The notes beneath the pieces were generated by a model. The model was not told the origin of the DNA. It worked only from the letters and a program-made list of their open reading frames with translations, and made no database searches. From assembly GCA_964621305.1 (NCBI GenBank), contig CAZUOM010000001.1, positions 229,448-293,447 of the forward strand: 64,000 bases of DNA. The letters run 5' to 3'. The DNA comes from an uncultured Gammaproteobacteria bacterium. Its GTDB lineage: Bacteria > Patescibacteriota > Microgenomatia > UBA10105 > UBA927. Every line of letters begins with the position of its first letter. The first letter of the stretch is position 1. The position numbers were made by a program, and so were the translations under genes. Positions 39,098-48,452 of the stretch are shown piece by piece.

Positions 39098-39133
39098 AAG
39101 GCCCCCTAGCCTGAAAAGGCGAGGCCTTTTCTA
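39098..39133. terminator. hairpin aaggcc...ggcctt with A-tract/T-tract flanks (bidirectional terminator-like)
   Basis: aaaaaaataaggccccctagcctgaaaaggcgaggccttttct. Confidence 0.4.
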
Positions 39134-39173
39134 GCTAACTTTATGTATCAAGATATTATTTGTATGACCCTGG

Positions 39174-39890
39174 ATGTATTTTGATATATATTGTTATATA
39201 ATTCCTGTCGCAATGAAAGAATTTCCAACTAACCCAGAGGCATTACCCAAACAAGTGTCACTTCCGGTCAGACGACCGGATGACTTTGGAAGCGTAAACT
39301 GTTTTATTGATGTCTGCACGACAGGACTCCTGTCAATTGATCCTCAACTTCAGATGTCTTCTCACTCGTTTGCGGACTTAATGCCCCAACCTTATGAAAA
39401 ATATTGCAGTTGGTTCTATGCAGAACATGTGGTTAATCAAGTTATTGCCCAGGTTGAAACCCGAATTTATTACAAAGAAGAGTCAGCCTGGCCTATTGGG
39501 CCAAAATTTAACACTGCCATACAACGCAAAATCGCCTCTGGAAACTATATCCATGTGGGAGTTGACGATAAGGAATGGCTCAAAAGAGTCTACAATGTCG
39601 ATATCTCGACACGACAAACGCACGCAGTCCTTATCACCGGATATAGACAGTCTGCTCCAACAGGAGAGCTTCTATTTGAAGTACAGGATTCCCTGTCGAA
39701 AAACCAACCGGGACCAATGGGCGTATCAAGTACGATTCTTTTCCGATCGGTCCTCGCTTCTATGTCTCTCATCCATCCGAATATCGATGGTAGATTGTTC
39801 AGGTGTCCTTATGGAGTATTTTATTGGACAAAATCAGCCACCCAACCTGGTACCCGCTTCTGGCATTCAGAGAGTTTCCCCCGTGGGTAA
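39174..39890 (+). CDS. hypothetical protein
   Basis: 238-aa ORF. Start is probably MKEFPTNPE (about 39213). Overlaps the next ORF in another frame. Confidence 0.35.
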   Translation: MYFDIYCYIIPVAMKEFPTNPEALPKQVSLPVRRPDDFGSVNCFIDVCTTGLLSIDPQLQMSSHSFADLMPQPYEKYCSWFYAEHVVNQVIAQVETRIYYKEESAWPIGPKFNTAIQRKIASGNYIHVGVDDKEWLKRVYNVDISTRQTHAVLITGYRQSAPTGELLFEVQDSLSKNQPGPMGVSSTILFRSVLASMSLIHPNIDGRLFRCPYGVFYWTKSATQPGTRFWHSESFPRG

Positions 39891-40267
39891 CCTTAAACAC
39901 GGATAGCAGCGACTATTTTGACGACGTGCTCGTATCGCTCGTGGGGAACTTCCCCCCAAAGAGCGTCTTGGGACTCCTGGACCGCCTCCGTCGTGAGCCG
40001 AGCAAACTGGACTGGGGAACGATCCTGTACGCACGTGACCTGCTCTTTATCGACGACAACCGATACGATTCGGCCGTTCCGGCCCATGCATTTTTTCAGG
40101 GAATAAAACTGACGAAGCATGAGTGGGTAGCAAATGATTTACTGGAGTTTCGGCGGCGAGGCCTTTCCAGGCTAATGTTCGTGCATCATGAGCCAGAGGA
40201 ATTTGAGGAGTGCCAGCTGCCGCTTCCAACGCCGGGGCTGCCTGCTAAGCCGCCAGAGCCACTCTAG
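39803..40267 (+). CDS. hypothetical protein (possibly the frameshifted continuation of the previous ORF)
   Basis: 154-aa ORF in a different frame overlapping 39174..39890 by 88 nt. Confidence 0.25.
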   Translation: MSLWSILLDKISHPTWYPLLAFREFPPWVTLNTDSSDYFDDVLVSLVGNFPPKSVLGLLDRLRREPSKLDWGTILYARDLLFIDDNRYDSAVPAHAFFQGIKLTKHEWVANDLLEFRRRGLSRLMFVHHEPEEFEECQLPLPTPGLPAKPPEPL

Positions 40268-40894
40268 GCCGATAGCCCTGACGAAGGAAGGGGCACGGGG
40301 GATAATGCCGGCGATCATATCGAACGCCCCGCCGACGGACATGAGCACAATTTGAGATTTGAGATTTGAAATTTGAAATTGGCGCGCGAGGCAGATACAG
40401 AAGTGCTCTTGTTTCGGTGCACCGAGGCCAACGAAAACCAAACGAGTCTTGGTGACAGCGAGTTTTTGAGTAATTTCCTCGATAGTTTTCCCTTCAGGCA
40501 CATCCGCCCACCCTGCGAGGCCAGGAAACCGCCTCTGTAAGCACTCGAGAGCTTTAAGTGCTACACCTCCTCCACCGCCTATAAGTGCTATTGAGAAGCC
40601 CCGCCTGGAAGCTAGCTCAACCAGCGACTCCAAAAGATCAATTCCAGCGATTTTTTCGCAGCCGACGGTGAGCGCAAGTCCGATACCGTCGGGGATTGCT
40701 ATATCGGCCCGATTGAGGACTTTTCGGAAATGAAAATCTGTCTGTGCCAAAACCACCTGCTCGGGATTTGGAGTGGCGATAACCAAGGGCTTGAGTGCGG
40801 GAACGTTTAAGTACTTTTCTATATACTCTAAGATAGTTATCTTAGAATTCAACGTTATGCAAATTCCGAAGATTTTTTTTGATATTAATCTCAT
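40172..40894 (-). CDS. WecB/TagA/CpsF-family glycosyltransferase (N-acetylmannosaminyltransferase-like)
   Basis: 'FDMIAGIIPRAPSFVRAIGLEWLWRLSRQPRRWKR' is the conserved WecG/TagA C-terminal motif. Start at Met-12. Confidence 0.75.
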   Translation of the reverse strand: MRLISKKIFGICITLNSKITILEYIEKYLNVPALKPLVIATPNPEQVVLAQTDFHFRKVLNRADIAIPDGIGLALTVGCEKIAGIDLLESLVELASRRGFSIALIGGGGGVALKALECLQRRFPGLAGWADVPEGKTIEEITQKLAVTKTRLVFVGLGAPKQEHFCICLARQFQISNLKSQIVLMSVGGAFDMIAGIIPRAPSFVRAIGLEWLWRLSRQPRRWKRQLALLKFLWLMMHEH

Positions 40895-41031
40895 AGTATA
40901 ATATACTATCTTAATACACCATTCCAAAGTTCATCGAGATACTTGAAATGAACACAATTTTTCGAAGCTGTTTTACAGGTTACTTCTTATTAGCTACTTC
41001 TAATAAATAGAACTATAAGATTTGTCTTACT

Positions 41032-42063
41032 TCACTTACCAATACTTCGTTTGTAAAGCTCTATGTTCTCCAATGCCACGCCGGTGCCGCGGACCACACA
41101 GAGTAGAGCCTCATCAGCAACATGACAAGGGACACCGGTCGCTTGTGTCATGAGCCGGTCGAAGTTATATAGAAGTGACGTTCCGCCAGCCATGACAATC
41201 CCTTTATCAATAATGTCTGCTGCTAGCTCTGGCGGCGTATCACCAAGGACCGCCTTAACTGCTGCAATGATCTGTTGAAGTACTGGACTGATCGCTTCGC
41301 TGACTTCTCTTTGCGTCAGTACTGCCATCCGCGGCAGACCGGTGATCGCATCTCGGCCGCGGACCTCTATGGAGTCACGGGAGTCGGGCGATTGTTTATC
41401 TGTTTTTGGCAGGCCCGATGGGAGAGCGTCTCCTATCGTCGTTTTGATTGTCTCGGCCATACGCTCGCCTATAATGAGGTTGTATTGTTTCTTGACAAAG
41501 TTAGCTATAGCTTCATCTAGCTTGTTTCCCGCAACACGCGCGCTTTTGTGTACCACCACGCCACCTAAAGAAATAACTGCCGCCTCCGTCGACCCTCCGC
41601 CAATATCGACAATCATGTGGCCGGAGGCTTGTGCGACTGGAATTTTGGCACCGATTGCTGCTGCAAGAGGCTCTTCGATGAGAAAAGCCATCTTGGCTCC
41701 AGCAGCAAGTGTTGCATCCAATACGGCCCGCCGTTCAACCTGAGAAGCCCCGGATGGTACGCAAACCATGACTTCTGGCTTGAATATCCTATTTCTCCCA
41801 ACAGCTTTATCCATAAAATATCCAAGCATAGCCTCAGTTACTACGTAATCAGCTATTACTCCGTCTCGCAGTGGTCGTGTGACCATAATGTTGCCGGGGG
41901 TGCGACCAAGCATCTCTTTGGCTTCGCTTCCTACTGCCACGACCCTATTATCATCTACAGTCACGGCTACAACGGTCGGCTCATTAAGGACAACGCCGAT
42001 GCCCGCCAACCAGACGAGTGAATTGGCTGTACCTAGATCTATGCCGATTCGTTTGGTAAACAT
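41032..42063 (-). CDS. mreB: rod shape-determining protein MreB
   Basis: 'RIGIDLGTANSLVW', 'DIGGGSTE' actin-fold ATPase motifs, 343 aa. Confidence 0.9.
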   Translation of the reverse strand: MFTKRIGIDLGTANSLVWLAGIGVVLNEPTVVAVTVDDNRVVAVGSEAKEMLGRTPGNIMVTRPLRDGVIADYVVTEAMLGYFMDKAVGRNRIFKPEVMVCVPSGASQVERRAVLDATLAAGAKMAFLIEEPLAAAIGAKIPVAQASGHMIVDIGGGSTEAAVISLGGVVVHKSARVAGNKLDEAIANFVKKQYNLIIGERMAETIKTTIGDALPSGLPKTDKQSPDSRDSIEVRGRDAITGLPRMAVLTQREVSEAISPVLQQIIAAVKAVLGDTPPELAADIIDKGIVMAGGTSLLYNFDRLMTQATGVPCHVADEALLCVVRGTGVALENIELYKRSIGK

Positions 42064-42077
42064 ACATTCGGAGGATA

Positions 42078-42150
42078 ATTGTTACATTGCTACATGGCTA
42101 CATTGTTAAAAGTCAAAGCAATTTAACAATGTAACAATTTAACAATAATC
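42078..42150. promoter_or_regulatory. AT-rich composite motif copy C (ttgttacattgctacatggctacattgttaaaag...aacaatgtaacaatttaacaat) between divergent mreB and PEGA gene
   Basis: Same submotifs as copies A and B. Confidence 0.5.
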
Positions 42151-42187
42151 ATTAGCATTCTACCACACCAGCGAGTATAATAGACCC

Positions 42188-43381
42188 ATGGTGGAAAAGG
42201 TAAAAGAAGCAACTAGGAAACTGATACCTTTTATTGTATTTATACTCATTCTTACAATATCAATTGGCATCATCGCTTATGGCAAGGGATGGCGATTGGA
42301 CGTCACCAATAGGTCAGTCAAGCCCACCGGTCTTATTTCTGTAACATCACAACCAAGTGGCGCCCAGGTTTTCGTCGACGGAGCACTCAGAACGGCCACC
42401 AACAATGCATTCAATATCGACCCTGGCTGGTATACTGTTCGGATTGTTAAAGAGGGATATTTGCCTTGGGAAAAAAAGTTGCGCGTGCAAGGAGAAATAG
42501 CGGTTAAGGTCGAAGCGTTACTGCTGCCAGGGAGCCCCTCTCTTTCACCCCTGACGAATACTGGAGTTGTCAAACCGACACTCTCTCCCGACGGCACAAA
42601 AGTTGCCTATATCGCCACTTCATCGCTTCGCTCCTCAGTGCAAGCGCAGGCTGGTTTATGGGTGCTTGAGTTATCTGACCGGCCACTGGGGCCCAACAGA
42701 GATCCGCAACAACTTGCCCAAAATGATACCATTCTTTCATCGCCGGAGGCAGAGCTCCTTTGGTCACCGGATTCACGGGATCTCATGGTTAAAACAAAAA
42801 CCGCAGCCCATCTTTATACTGTCGGAAAAAGCCAATCCTTCGTTGATATTTCGGCAGTCACCGTTTCTGTCCTTGCAGGCTGGCAAGCCGAGGACAAAAA
42901 AAGGGAAAAACAGAAACTCGCAGGTTTCGCGCAAGAATTTGCCAACGTTGCGTCAAGTTCCGCAACCATCTTGTCCTTTAGCCCCGATGAAACCAAAATT
43001 CTCTACGAAGCCACGGCGCCAGCAACTATTCCAATAATTATCAAACCACCACTTATTGCATCAAACCCCACTGTTGAAACGCGAAATATCATACCAACAA
43101 AAATGTACGTCTATGACGCGAAAGAAGACAAAAATTTTCTCATTGAAAATTATCCGCGCAACGGAATTTGGTTCCCAACATCAAACCACTTTATAATATC
43201 TCAAAATAATAAAATAGATATCATGGAATACGACGGGGCTAACCGAGTCACACTCTACGCCGGTCCGTTTGTCGAGGGGTTTCTGGCCCCCTGGACCAGC
43301 GGAAACAGACTCGTCATCCTCACCAACCTCAACCCCGGCGCAAGCACCCTACCCAACCTGTATACGGTTAATTTGAGGTAA
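42188..43381 (+). CDS. PEGA-domain membrane protein with TolB-like beta-propeller region
   Basis: N-terminal TM. 'VTSQPSGAQVFVDGALRTATNNAFNIDPGWYTVRIVKEGYLPWEKKLRV' PEGA domain. 'SPDGTKVAYI' TolB-like repeats. Confidence 0.55.
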   Translation: MVEKVKEATRKLIPFIVFILILTISIGIIAYGKGWRLDVTNRSVKPTGLISVTSQPSGAQVFVDGALRTATNNAFNIDPGWYTVRIVKEGYLPWEKKLRVQGEIAVKVEALLLPGSPSLSPLTNTGVVKPTLSPDGTKVAYIATSSLRSSVQAQAGLWVLELSDRPLGPNRDPQQLAQNDTILSSPEAELLWSPDSRDLMVKTKTAAHLYTVGKSQSFVDISAVTVSVLAGWQAEDKKREKQKLAGFAQEFANVASSSATILSFSPDETKILYEATAPATIPIIIKPPLIASNPTVETRNIIPTKMYVYDAKEDKNFLIENYPRNGIWFPTSNHFIISQNNKIDIMEYDGANRVTLYAGPFVEGFLAPWTSGNRLVILTNLNPGASTLPNLYTVNLR

Positions 43382-43383
43382 AC

Positions 43384-43650
43384 ATGGCAAAACCTGAAGA
43401 CACGCGCCCATTAGATGCTGATATAGGGGCATACATTGACAGTTTAAGGCGGGACACTAAACATACCCCTGCTGACTGTCAAACTCCTGGACACTTAGTC
43501 ATTCGGCTACCAAGTAGAGACCTTGCTTGCGGATTCGGTGGGGTGTGGCCAGAGACCGGAGATGCTTTTGTCTATGATCCTAAAGATCATAGCAATTTAA
43601 GTGGTAAACTTGTGCGGATAAATCCTCCCCAAAACAACTGGAAGGCGTAA
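43384..43650 (+). CDS. small hypothetical protein
   Basis: 88-aa ORF. Confidence 0.3.
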   Translation: MAKPEDTRPLDADIGAYIDSLRRDTKHTPADCQTPGHLVIRLPSRDLACGFGGVWPETGDAFVYDPKDHSNLSGKLVRINPPQNNWKA

Positions 43651-43656
43651 ATTCTG

Positions 43657-43728
43657 TGCCGCTAGAAGGAATCGAACCCTCATCGTACCCTTAGGACGGG
43701 TCTGCTCTGTCCATTGAGCTATAGCGGC
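43657..43728 (-). tRNA. tRNA-Arg (anticodon CCU)
   Basis: Manual fold of the reverse complement: acceptor GCCGCUA/UAGCGGC, D-arm GCUC-AAUGGACA-GAGC, anticodon loop GUCCUAA, T-arm GAGGG-UUCGAUU-CCUUC. 72 nt. Confidence 0.7.
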
Positions 43729-43734
43729 TCGCGG

Positions 43735-43807
43735 TCGGAGAGCCGGGACTCGAACCCGGGACCTCATCGTCCCGAACGATGCGCGCTACCAACTGCGCCA
43801 CTCTCCG
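43735..43807 (-). tRNA. tRNA-Pro (anticodon CGG)
   Basis: Acceptor CGGAGAG/CUCUCCG, D-arm GCGC-AGUUGGUA-GCGC, anticodon stem CAUCG/CGAUG with loop UUCGGGA, T-arm CCGGG-UUCGAGU-CCCGG. 73 nt. Confidence 0.7.
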
Positions 43808-43975
43808 AAATTTTTGCGGGGCCAACCGAGCGCTCTACACTGAAAATTACTTCGTAATTTCCAGTGTAAACCAACTGTTTACTCGGTACATCTTTCAAGA
43901 TGTTACCGAGAGCTATACCCTCAGGCGATTTTCATTGTAGCAAATTTGCAGTTTTTGCGATATACTAGACTTCTC

Positions 43976-44626
43976 ATGAACTTATCCTTCAGGAAATCCT
44001 CCGATCCCCTGCCTCCTCCCCCAGTCCAAGTCATTCTTGCTTCCCAGTCCCTCGGCCGGCGGCACCTTCTGGAAAAACTGGGCATCCCGTTTCGGGTAGT
44101 AATTAGCCGCATTGAGGAAGAAAAAATTACTAACAGCGATCCTTTTCTCACTCTCAAAAAGCGGGCAGCAGCCAAGGCCGAGGAAGTTTCTAAAAATCCG
44201 CGCGTTTATTCCTTGCCGGAATCCGGCAAGGCACTGATAGTTGCAGCTGATTCAATGGGCGTCTTGGGCAAAAAAACTTTCGGCAAATCCCGCGATCGGG
44301 AGGACACAAAGGAAATTCTTAAAAATCTCATGGGCCGCACCCATGTATTCGCCACGCACACAGTAGCATTGTACCTTGAAAACCTAGAAGAGAAGAAACG
44401 GTGGGAAAAGCTCGTCAAAACGCGCGTAACGCTAAGAAAACTAACGGCAACCGAAGTCGATAGCTTCGTCAACCGCTACGACCTGTCCCGCTTTGCCGCC
44501 GGCTACGCGCTCAACGAAACCCCCTGGGATTTAGTCACCAAAATCGAGGGAAGCTACACGAATGTCATTGGCCTCCCGTTTGAAGTGCTTCTCCCTGTCC
44601 TTCGCCAACACAAGATTATCATCTGA
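43976..44626 (+). CDS. maf: Maf-like nucleoside triphosphate pyrophosphatase
   Basis: 'VILASQSLGRRHLLEKLGIPFRVV' and 'VAADSMGVLGKKTFGKSRDREDTKEIL' match the Maf family. Start at Met-11 of the track ORF. Confidence 0.75.
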   Translation: MNLSFRKSSDPLPPPPVQVILASQSLGRRHLLEKLGIPFRVVISRIEEEKITNSDPFLTLKKRAAAKAEEVSKNPRVYSLPESGKALIVAADSMGVLGKKTFGKSRDREDTKEILKNLMGRTHVFATHTVALYLENLEEKKRWEKLVKTRVTLRKLTATEVDSFVNRYDLSRFAAGYALNETPWDLVTKIEGSYTNVIGLPFEVLLPVLRQHKIII

Positions 44627-44780
44627 CAACGGCCTTTCTCAAATCCAATCATTTCGTTTGACACCTTGCTGTAAGTCTTACCCAATACAAAATATACCCT
44701 ACGGGTCTCTCTACCCAATTGAAAAAAGAGACCATTGAGGACTAGAAAAGAAAGGCGCGAACCGTGTACCCTGTCGGTGT

Positions 44781-45971
44781 ATGAAGATCGACATGGACGA
44801 TTGGCGCATCCAAAGTATTGCACAGCTACAAGATCTCCTCAAGGGAACGGAGCGGTTTGTCGTATCTTTGGAGCACGGCTCCATTGAAGAAAAGTACCGG
44901 TTCATTGACCGTACCGTTGACCGCTTCCAGTATCAGACGCTTACGAGGAGACAGCGGCATGCCGTCTACCGCTATCTGCCAAAGGTGACGGGCTACAAGA
45001 AAGCCTAACTCCTCCGGCTCATCAAACGGGCAGTGGTGGGAAAACTCATACGGAAGGAGTACAAAAGGAGAAATCCCAACCGCATCTACACCAGTCGTGA
45101 TATTAAGCTCCTGGAGAAAACAGATGAGCTTCACCTTCGCCTCTCCGACCGGGCAACACAAGAAATTCTCCGACGTGAGTACGAAGTGTTCGACAAAAAG
45201 GAGTATCAAACCATTGCCCGTGTCTCTCATGGACACATCACCAATCTCCGGCATCACCCCCTCTATGTAAATGCGTACGTCAACCACACCAAAGCCCGAC
45301 TCATCCCCATCGGGATGACCAGACCTCCGGAAACCTACGGCAGGCCAGGCTCGATTCGGGTTGATACAGTCCACCAAAGAGACATCTACCACATTAACGC
45401 GGTGGATGAGATTACCCAGTGGGAAGTCCTGGTCTCTGTACCCGTCATCAGTGAAGTCTGCATGCTGCCGGCTATCTCTATCCTTCTTGACCAGTTTCCT
45501 TTCACGATCTTCAACTTCCACTCTGACCGGGGAGGAGAGGCGATCAACTATCTGGTTTCTGATTTTCTCCAGAAGCTCCTCATCACCCAGACCAAGTCAA
45601 GAGCACGTCACCCCAATGACAACGCGCTTGTGGAAACCAAAAACGGCAGTGTAGTCAGGAAGAACATGGGGTGGGAACACGTGAGCCAACAGTTTGCCGA
45701 TAGTTTCACTGTTTACTACCGTACCTGGTTCAACCCCTATCTCAACTTCCACCGGCCCTGTGCATTTCCGACCATAAATAAGGATGAGAAGGGAAAAACC
45801 AGGAAGGTCTATGAGATCTACCAAACCCCATATGATGCTCTCAAGGGCATTCCAGGGGCTCACAGGTTTTTGAAACCCGGGCAAACTTTTGAAAAACTTG
45901 ATACAATAGCCTATGCCATGAGTGACAATGAGTTTGCTGAACTGATACGGTATCATTTTTCGATTGAGTAG
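44781..45971 (+). mobile_element. IS481-like DDE transposase gene interrupted by an in-frame TAA (pseudogene or readthrough)
   Basis: ORFs 44781..45008 and 45033..45971 are in the same frame, separated by TAA at 45006. The C-terminal part has the integrase-core 'FHSDRGGEAINY' ... 'HPNDNALVETKNG' (DDE, rve). The N-terminal part has an HTH-like region. Confidence 0.6.
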
Positions 45972-45994
45972 GACTACGTTGTGAGGTTTATCTT

Positions 45995-46020
45995 TAGCTT
46001 CGCAAGGACTCTCCTTGCAA
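45995..46020. repeat. REP type 2 palindrome tagcttcgcaaggactctccttgcaa (copy a, upstream of RAYT-2)
   Basis: Palindromic core gcaagga(c/g)(t/a)ctccttgc. Copies at 46536..46561, 46742..46772, 49640..49669. Confidence 0.8.
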
Positions 46021-46048
46021 ATTATTTTCCTTCTGCTAGTATGGTTTC

Positions 46049-46744
46049 ATGCCCGCAAAACACGCAATCAAAGAGTTCGCGCCTCACGCCTACTACCACA
46101 TCTACAACCGCGGTGTAGAAAAACGCACCATTTTCCTCGACCAACAGGATCGCGCTGTCTTCCTTTCCTACCTCAAAGTGTATCTGCTCCCAAAAGAAAA
46201 AGACGTACTGCTCGGAGTTATTGCAAATCCAGAATCTTCATCCAAAGAAAAAGATCAGGCGCTGAAATTGTTGCGCCTCAATAACTTTGCTGATTCGCTT
46301 ACTCTGCTGGCGTTTTGTCTCATGCCCAACCATTTCCATCTCCTTATTAAACAAACAGACGCAATAACGATAGATCATTTTATGAGATCGTTCGGTACAC
46401 GGTACACGATGTATTTCAACCGGAAGTATCGTCGGGTAGGAGGATTGTTCCAAGGTGTCTATAAAGCCGTGCAAGTTGTAAGCAACGAACAACTTCTTCA
46501 CCTTTCTCGTTACATTCACCGCAACCCCATAGATCTAGCTTCGCAAGGAGAGTCCTTGCAAAACTTTAGCTACTCATCTTATCCCAAATATCTAGGAATA
46601 ACCCATACAGAGTGGGTCCATCCAGAAGATATTCTCTCCACTTTTCCAAAATCCGGCAAACGAGGTTACAAAGAATTTGTTGAAGGGCCATCAGATGAGG
46701 CCGGAAAACTGGCAATTGCCAAACTTATCATCGACGTTGACTAG
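46049..46744 (+). CDS. REP-associated tyrosine transposase (RAYT), paralog 2
   Basis: 'YHIYNRGVEKRTIF', 'MPNHFHLLIKQ' HUH motif. Highly similar to 18883..19578. REP type 2 lies upstream, at its stop codon, and inside the CDS (encoding LASQGESLQN). Confidence 0.7.
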   Translation: MPAKHAIKEFAPHAYYHIYNRGVEKRTIFLDQQDRAVFLSYLKVYLLPKEKDVLLGVIANPESSSKEKDQALKLLRLNNFADSLTLLAFCLMPNHFHLLIKQTDAITIDHFMRSFGTRYTMYFNRKYRRVGGLFQGVYKAVQVVSNEQLLHLSRYIHRNPIDLASQGESLQNFSYSSYPKYLGITHTEWVHPEDILSTFPKSGKRGYKEFVEGPSDEAGKLAIAKLIIDVD

Positions 46745-46772
46745 CTTCGCAAGGAGAGTCCTTGCGAAGCTA
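46742..46772. repeat. REP type 2 palindrome (copy c) overlapping the RAYT-2 stop codon
   Basis: tagcttcgcaaggagagtccttgcgaagcta, a perfect 31-bp palindrome apart from its centre. Confidence 0.8.
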
Positions 46773-47168
46773 AAACAGCAGGCTGATTTCCTTGGCTGCT
46801 GCCTCTGCCGAATCGGAGCGGTGGACGACGTTGCGGGGCTTATCAATGCCAAAATCTTTCCTGACAGTTCCTGGCGCGGCATCCGCCGGATCAGTCGGGC
46901 CACAAATATCAAACACAATCTGAATCGCACCATCTCCTTCTAGTACCATTGCTACGACGGGTGTACTCATCATTTGCCTACACAGCTCCGGAAAAAAGGC
47001 CTTATCCTTGTGGTGGGCATACCAGACGTCGAGGATATCCTGGGTCAGCCGGACCATCTTCAACCCGACGACAGCAAGCCCCACCTTTTCAAACCGGCTG
47101 ATGACTTCACCGATGATGTGCTGTTCCATCCCGTCGGGCTTGATTAAAACAACAGTTTTTTCTTTCAT
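46770..47168 (-). CDS. ndk: nucleoside diphosphate kinase
   Basis: 'KEKTVVLIKPDG' ... 'NVVHRSDSAEAAAKEISLLF' canonical NDK (the active-site His is in 'VVHRSDS'). Start at ATG 47168, as the upstream track start is out-of-family. Confidence 0.85.
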   Translation of the reverse strand: MKEKTVVLIKPDGMEQHIIGEVISRFEKVGLAVVGLKMVRLTQDILDVWYAHHKDKAFFPELCRQMMSTPVVAMVLEGDGAIQIVFDICGPTDPADAAPGTVRKDFGIDKPRNVVHRSDSAEAAAKEISLLF

Positions 47169-47274
47169 ATACTTCAAATATAAAATAGAAAAAGAAACGT
47201 GTCTACTACCAACCTGAACTTTCCTTCTTGACAATTTCAAAGTGTACATATAATTATTTCTGTTCGCAGAATGC

Positions 47275-47559
47275 ATGAAAAGGAGGTGGCAAAGTATGAA
47301 AAAATTAAAAAAAATACCGCATTTTAAAACCGAAGAGGAGGAGAATCGTTTTTGGCAGCGAGTGGATTCGACTCAATATGTAGATTGGGACAAGGCTGAG
47401 CATTGGGTTTTTCCTAATTTGAAATTAACATCTAGACCAATAACCTTGCACCTTCCGTGTGGCTTAATCAATGATTACAAACTCAAGGCCCACAAAATGG
47501 GACTACCATACCAGGGACTCATGAAACAAGTGCTGTATAAGGGACTCGCGACGATCTAA
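47275..47559 (+). CDS. BrnA-like antitoxin (orphan)
   Basis: 'KIPHFKTEEEENRFWQRVDSTQYVDWDKAEHWVFPNLKLTSRPITLHLPCGLINDYKLKAHKMGLPYQGLMKQVL' matches the BrnA/CopG-like antitoxin pattern. No BrnT upstream. Confidence 0.45.
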   Translation: MKRRWQSMKKLKKIPHFKTEEEENRFWQRVDSTQYVDWDKAEHWVFPNLKLTSRPITLHLPCGLINDYKLKAHKMGLPYQGLMKQVLYKGLATI

Positions 47560-48365
47560 CGAAACCGCTGCCCAAAATTATCGATTGCTTTGGCCTTATC
47601 CCAAACAAACTCAAAAAGCTGGCGCAGCATAGATGCGTATTCGCTGTTTGTCACCTGAATGGCCACCTCGTCTCCTATTTTGACGCCCCAAAAGACGATG
47701 GAGTCGTCAGTAATGAAAATGTCTTGCTTGATATCCAGAACTTTTTTGGGGATCAACCTGTGGCGGTAGAACTTCGTAGTATATTTTTTGTTGGTCGTCC
47801 AGGTCGTCGTACCGTCGGGAGCTATGGGGTCTTCTGAATTGGATATTGACCGGATGCGCACATTTTTTTCGACATTGATCTGCCTGAGCTCTTCCGTAAA
47901 AGCTGACCCCAGTTTATCGTTCCACTGGAGAGAGTCAAATACCAGGACCTCGGTATCTGGTTTTCTGCCACGGATAATCCACTCCATTTGTTTGAGGCCC
48001 CGCACGCCTTTGTAATACAAAACGGATGTTTGGCCAGGGTTACCGGCCACAATTTGTTCGCTAAACTGCCTGATTTTTTCAACTGATGCTTTCATCTCTC
48101 TGGTTTTGGCCTCGGATTCGAGGATTATGGTTTTGAAGCTGTCAGCACTGGAAACGTTGTAAAAGCTGGTTTTCTCCCCTAGCTGGGTAACCACGAGGCC
48201 TTTTTCAATCAGAGACTCAAGGACTCTGTAGATAGTTGACCGCTTTATTGGACAATTTTTGGATAACTGCACCACCGTACTCCAGCCTTTTTTTACAAGG
48301 AGCAGATAAACCTTCTGTTCATCATCAGTAAGTCCAAAAACGCTGAGATCTTCCGTAATGGTCAT
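47556..48365 (-). CDS. TrmB-family transcriptional regulator
   Basis: N-terminal 'FGLTDDEQKVYLLLVKKGWSTVVQLSKNCPIKRSTIYRVLESLIEKGLV' TrmB wHTH. C-terminal sugar-binding-like domain. Confidence 0.6.
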   Translation of the reverse strand: MTITEDLSVFGLTDDEQKVYLLLVKKGWSTVVQLSKNCPIKRSTIYRVLESLIEKGLVVTQLGEKTSFYNVSSADSFKTIILESEAKTREMKASVEKIRQFSEQIVAGNPGQTSVLYYKGVRGLKQMEWIIRGRKPDTEVLVFDSLQWNDKLGSAFTEELRQINVEKNVRIRSISNSEDPIAPDGTTTWTTNKKYTTKFYRHRLIPKKVLDIKQDIFITDDSIVFWGVKIGDEVAIQVTNSEYASMLRQLFEFVWDKAKAIDNFGQRFR

Positions 48366-48452
48366 ACCTGTCCACCATTATGGACAACAGTTGGACAAAA
48401 ATCAAGACCGCTTCTATACTATGGGACTGTTCTTTGAGGGAGGTGAAATTTT

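Noticed and set aside
44640-46050. Terminal inverted repeats of the IS481-like element
   Set aside because: I compared 44640..44780 with the reverse complement of 45972..46010 by eye and found no convincing IR. The boundaries therefore remain undefined.
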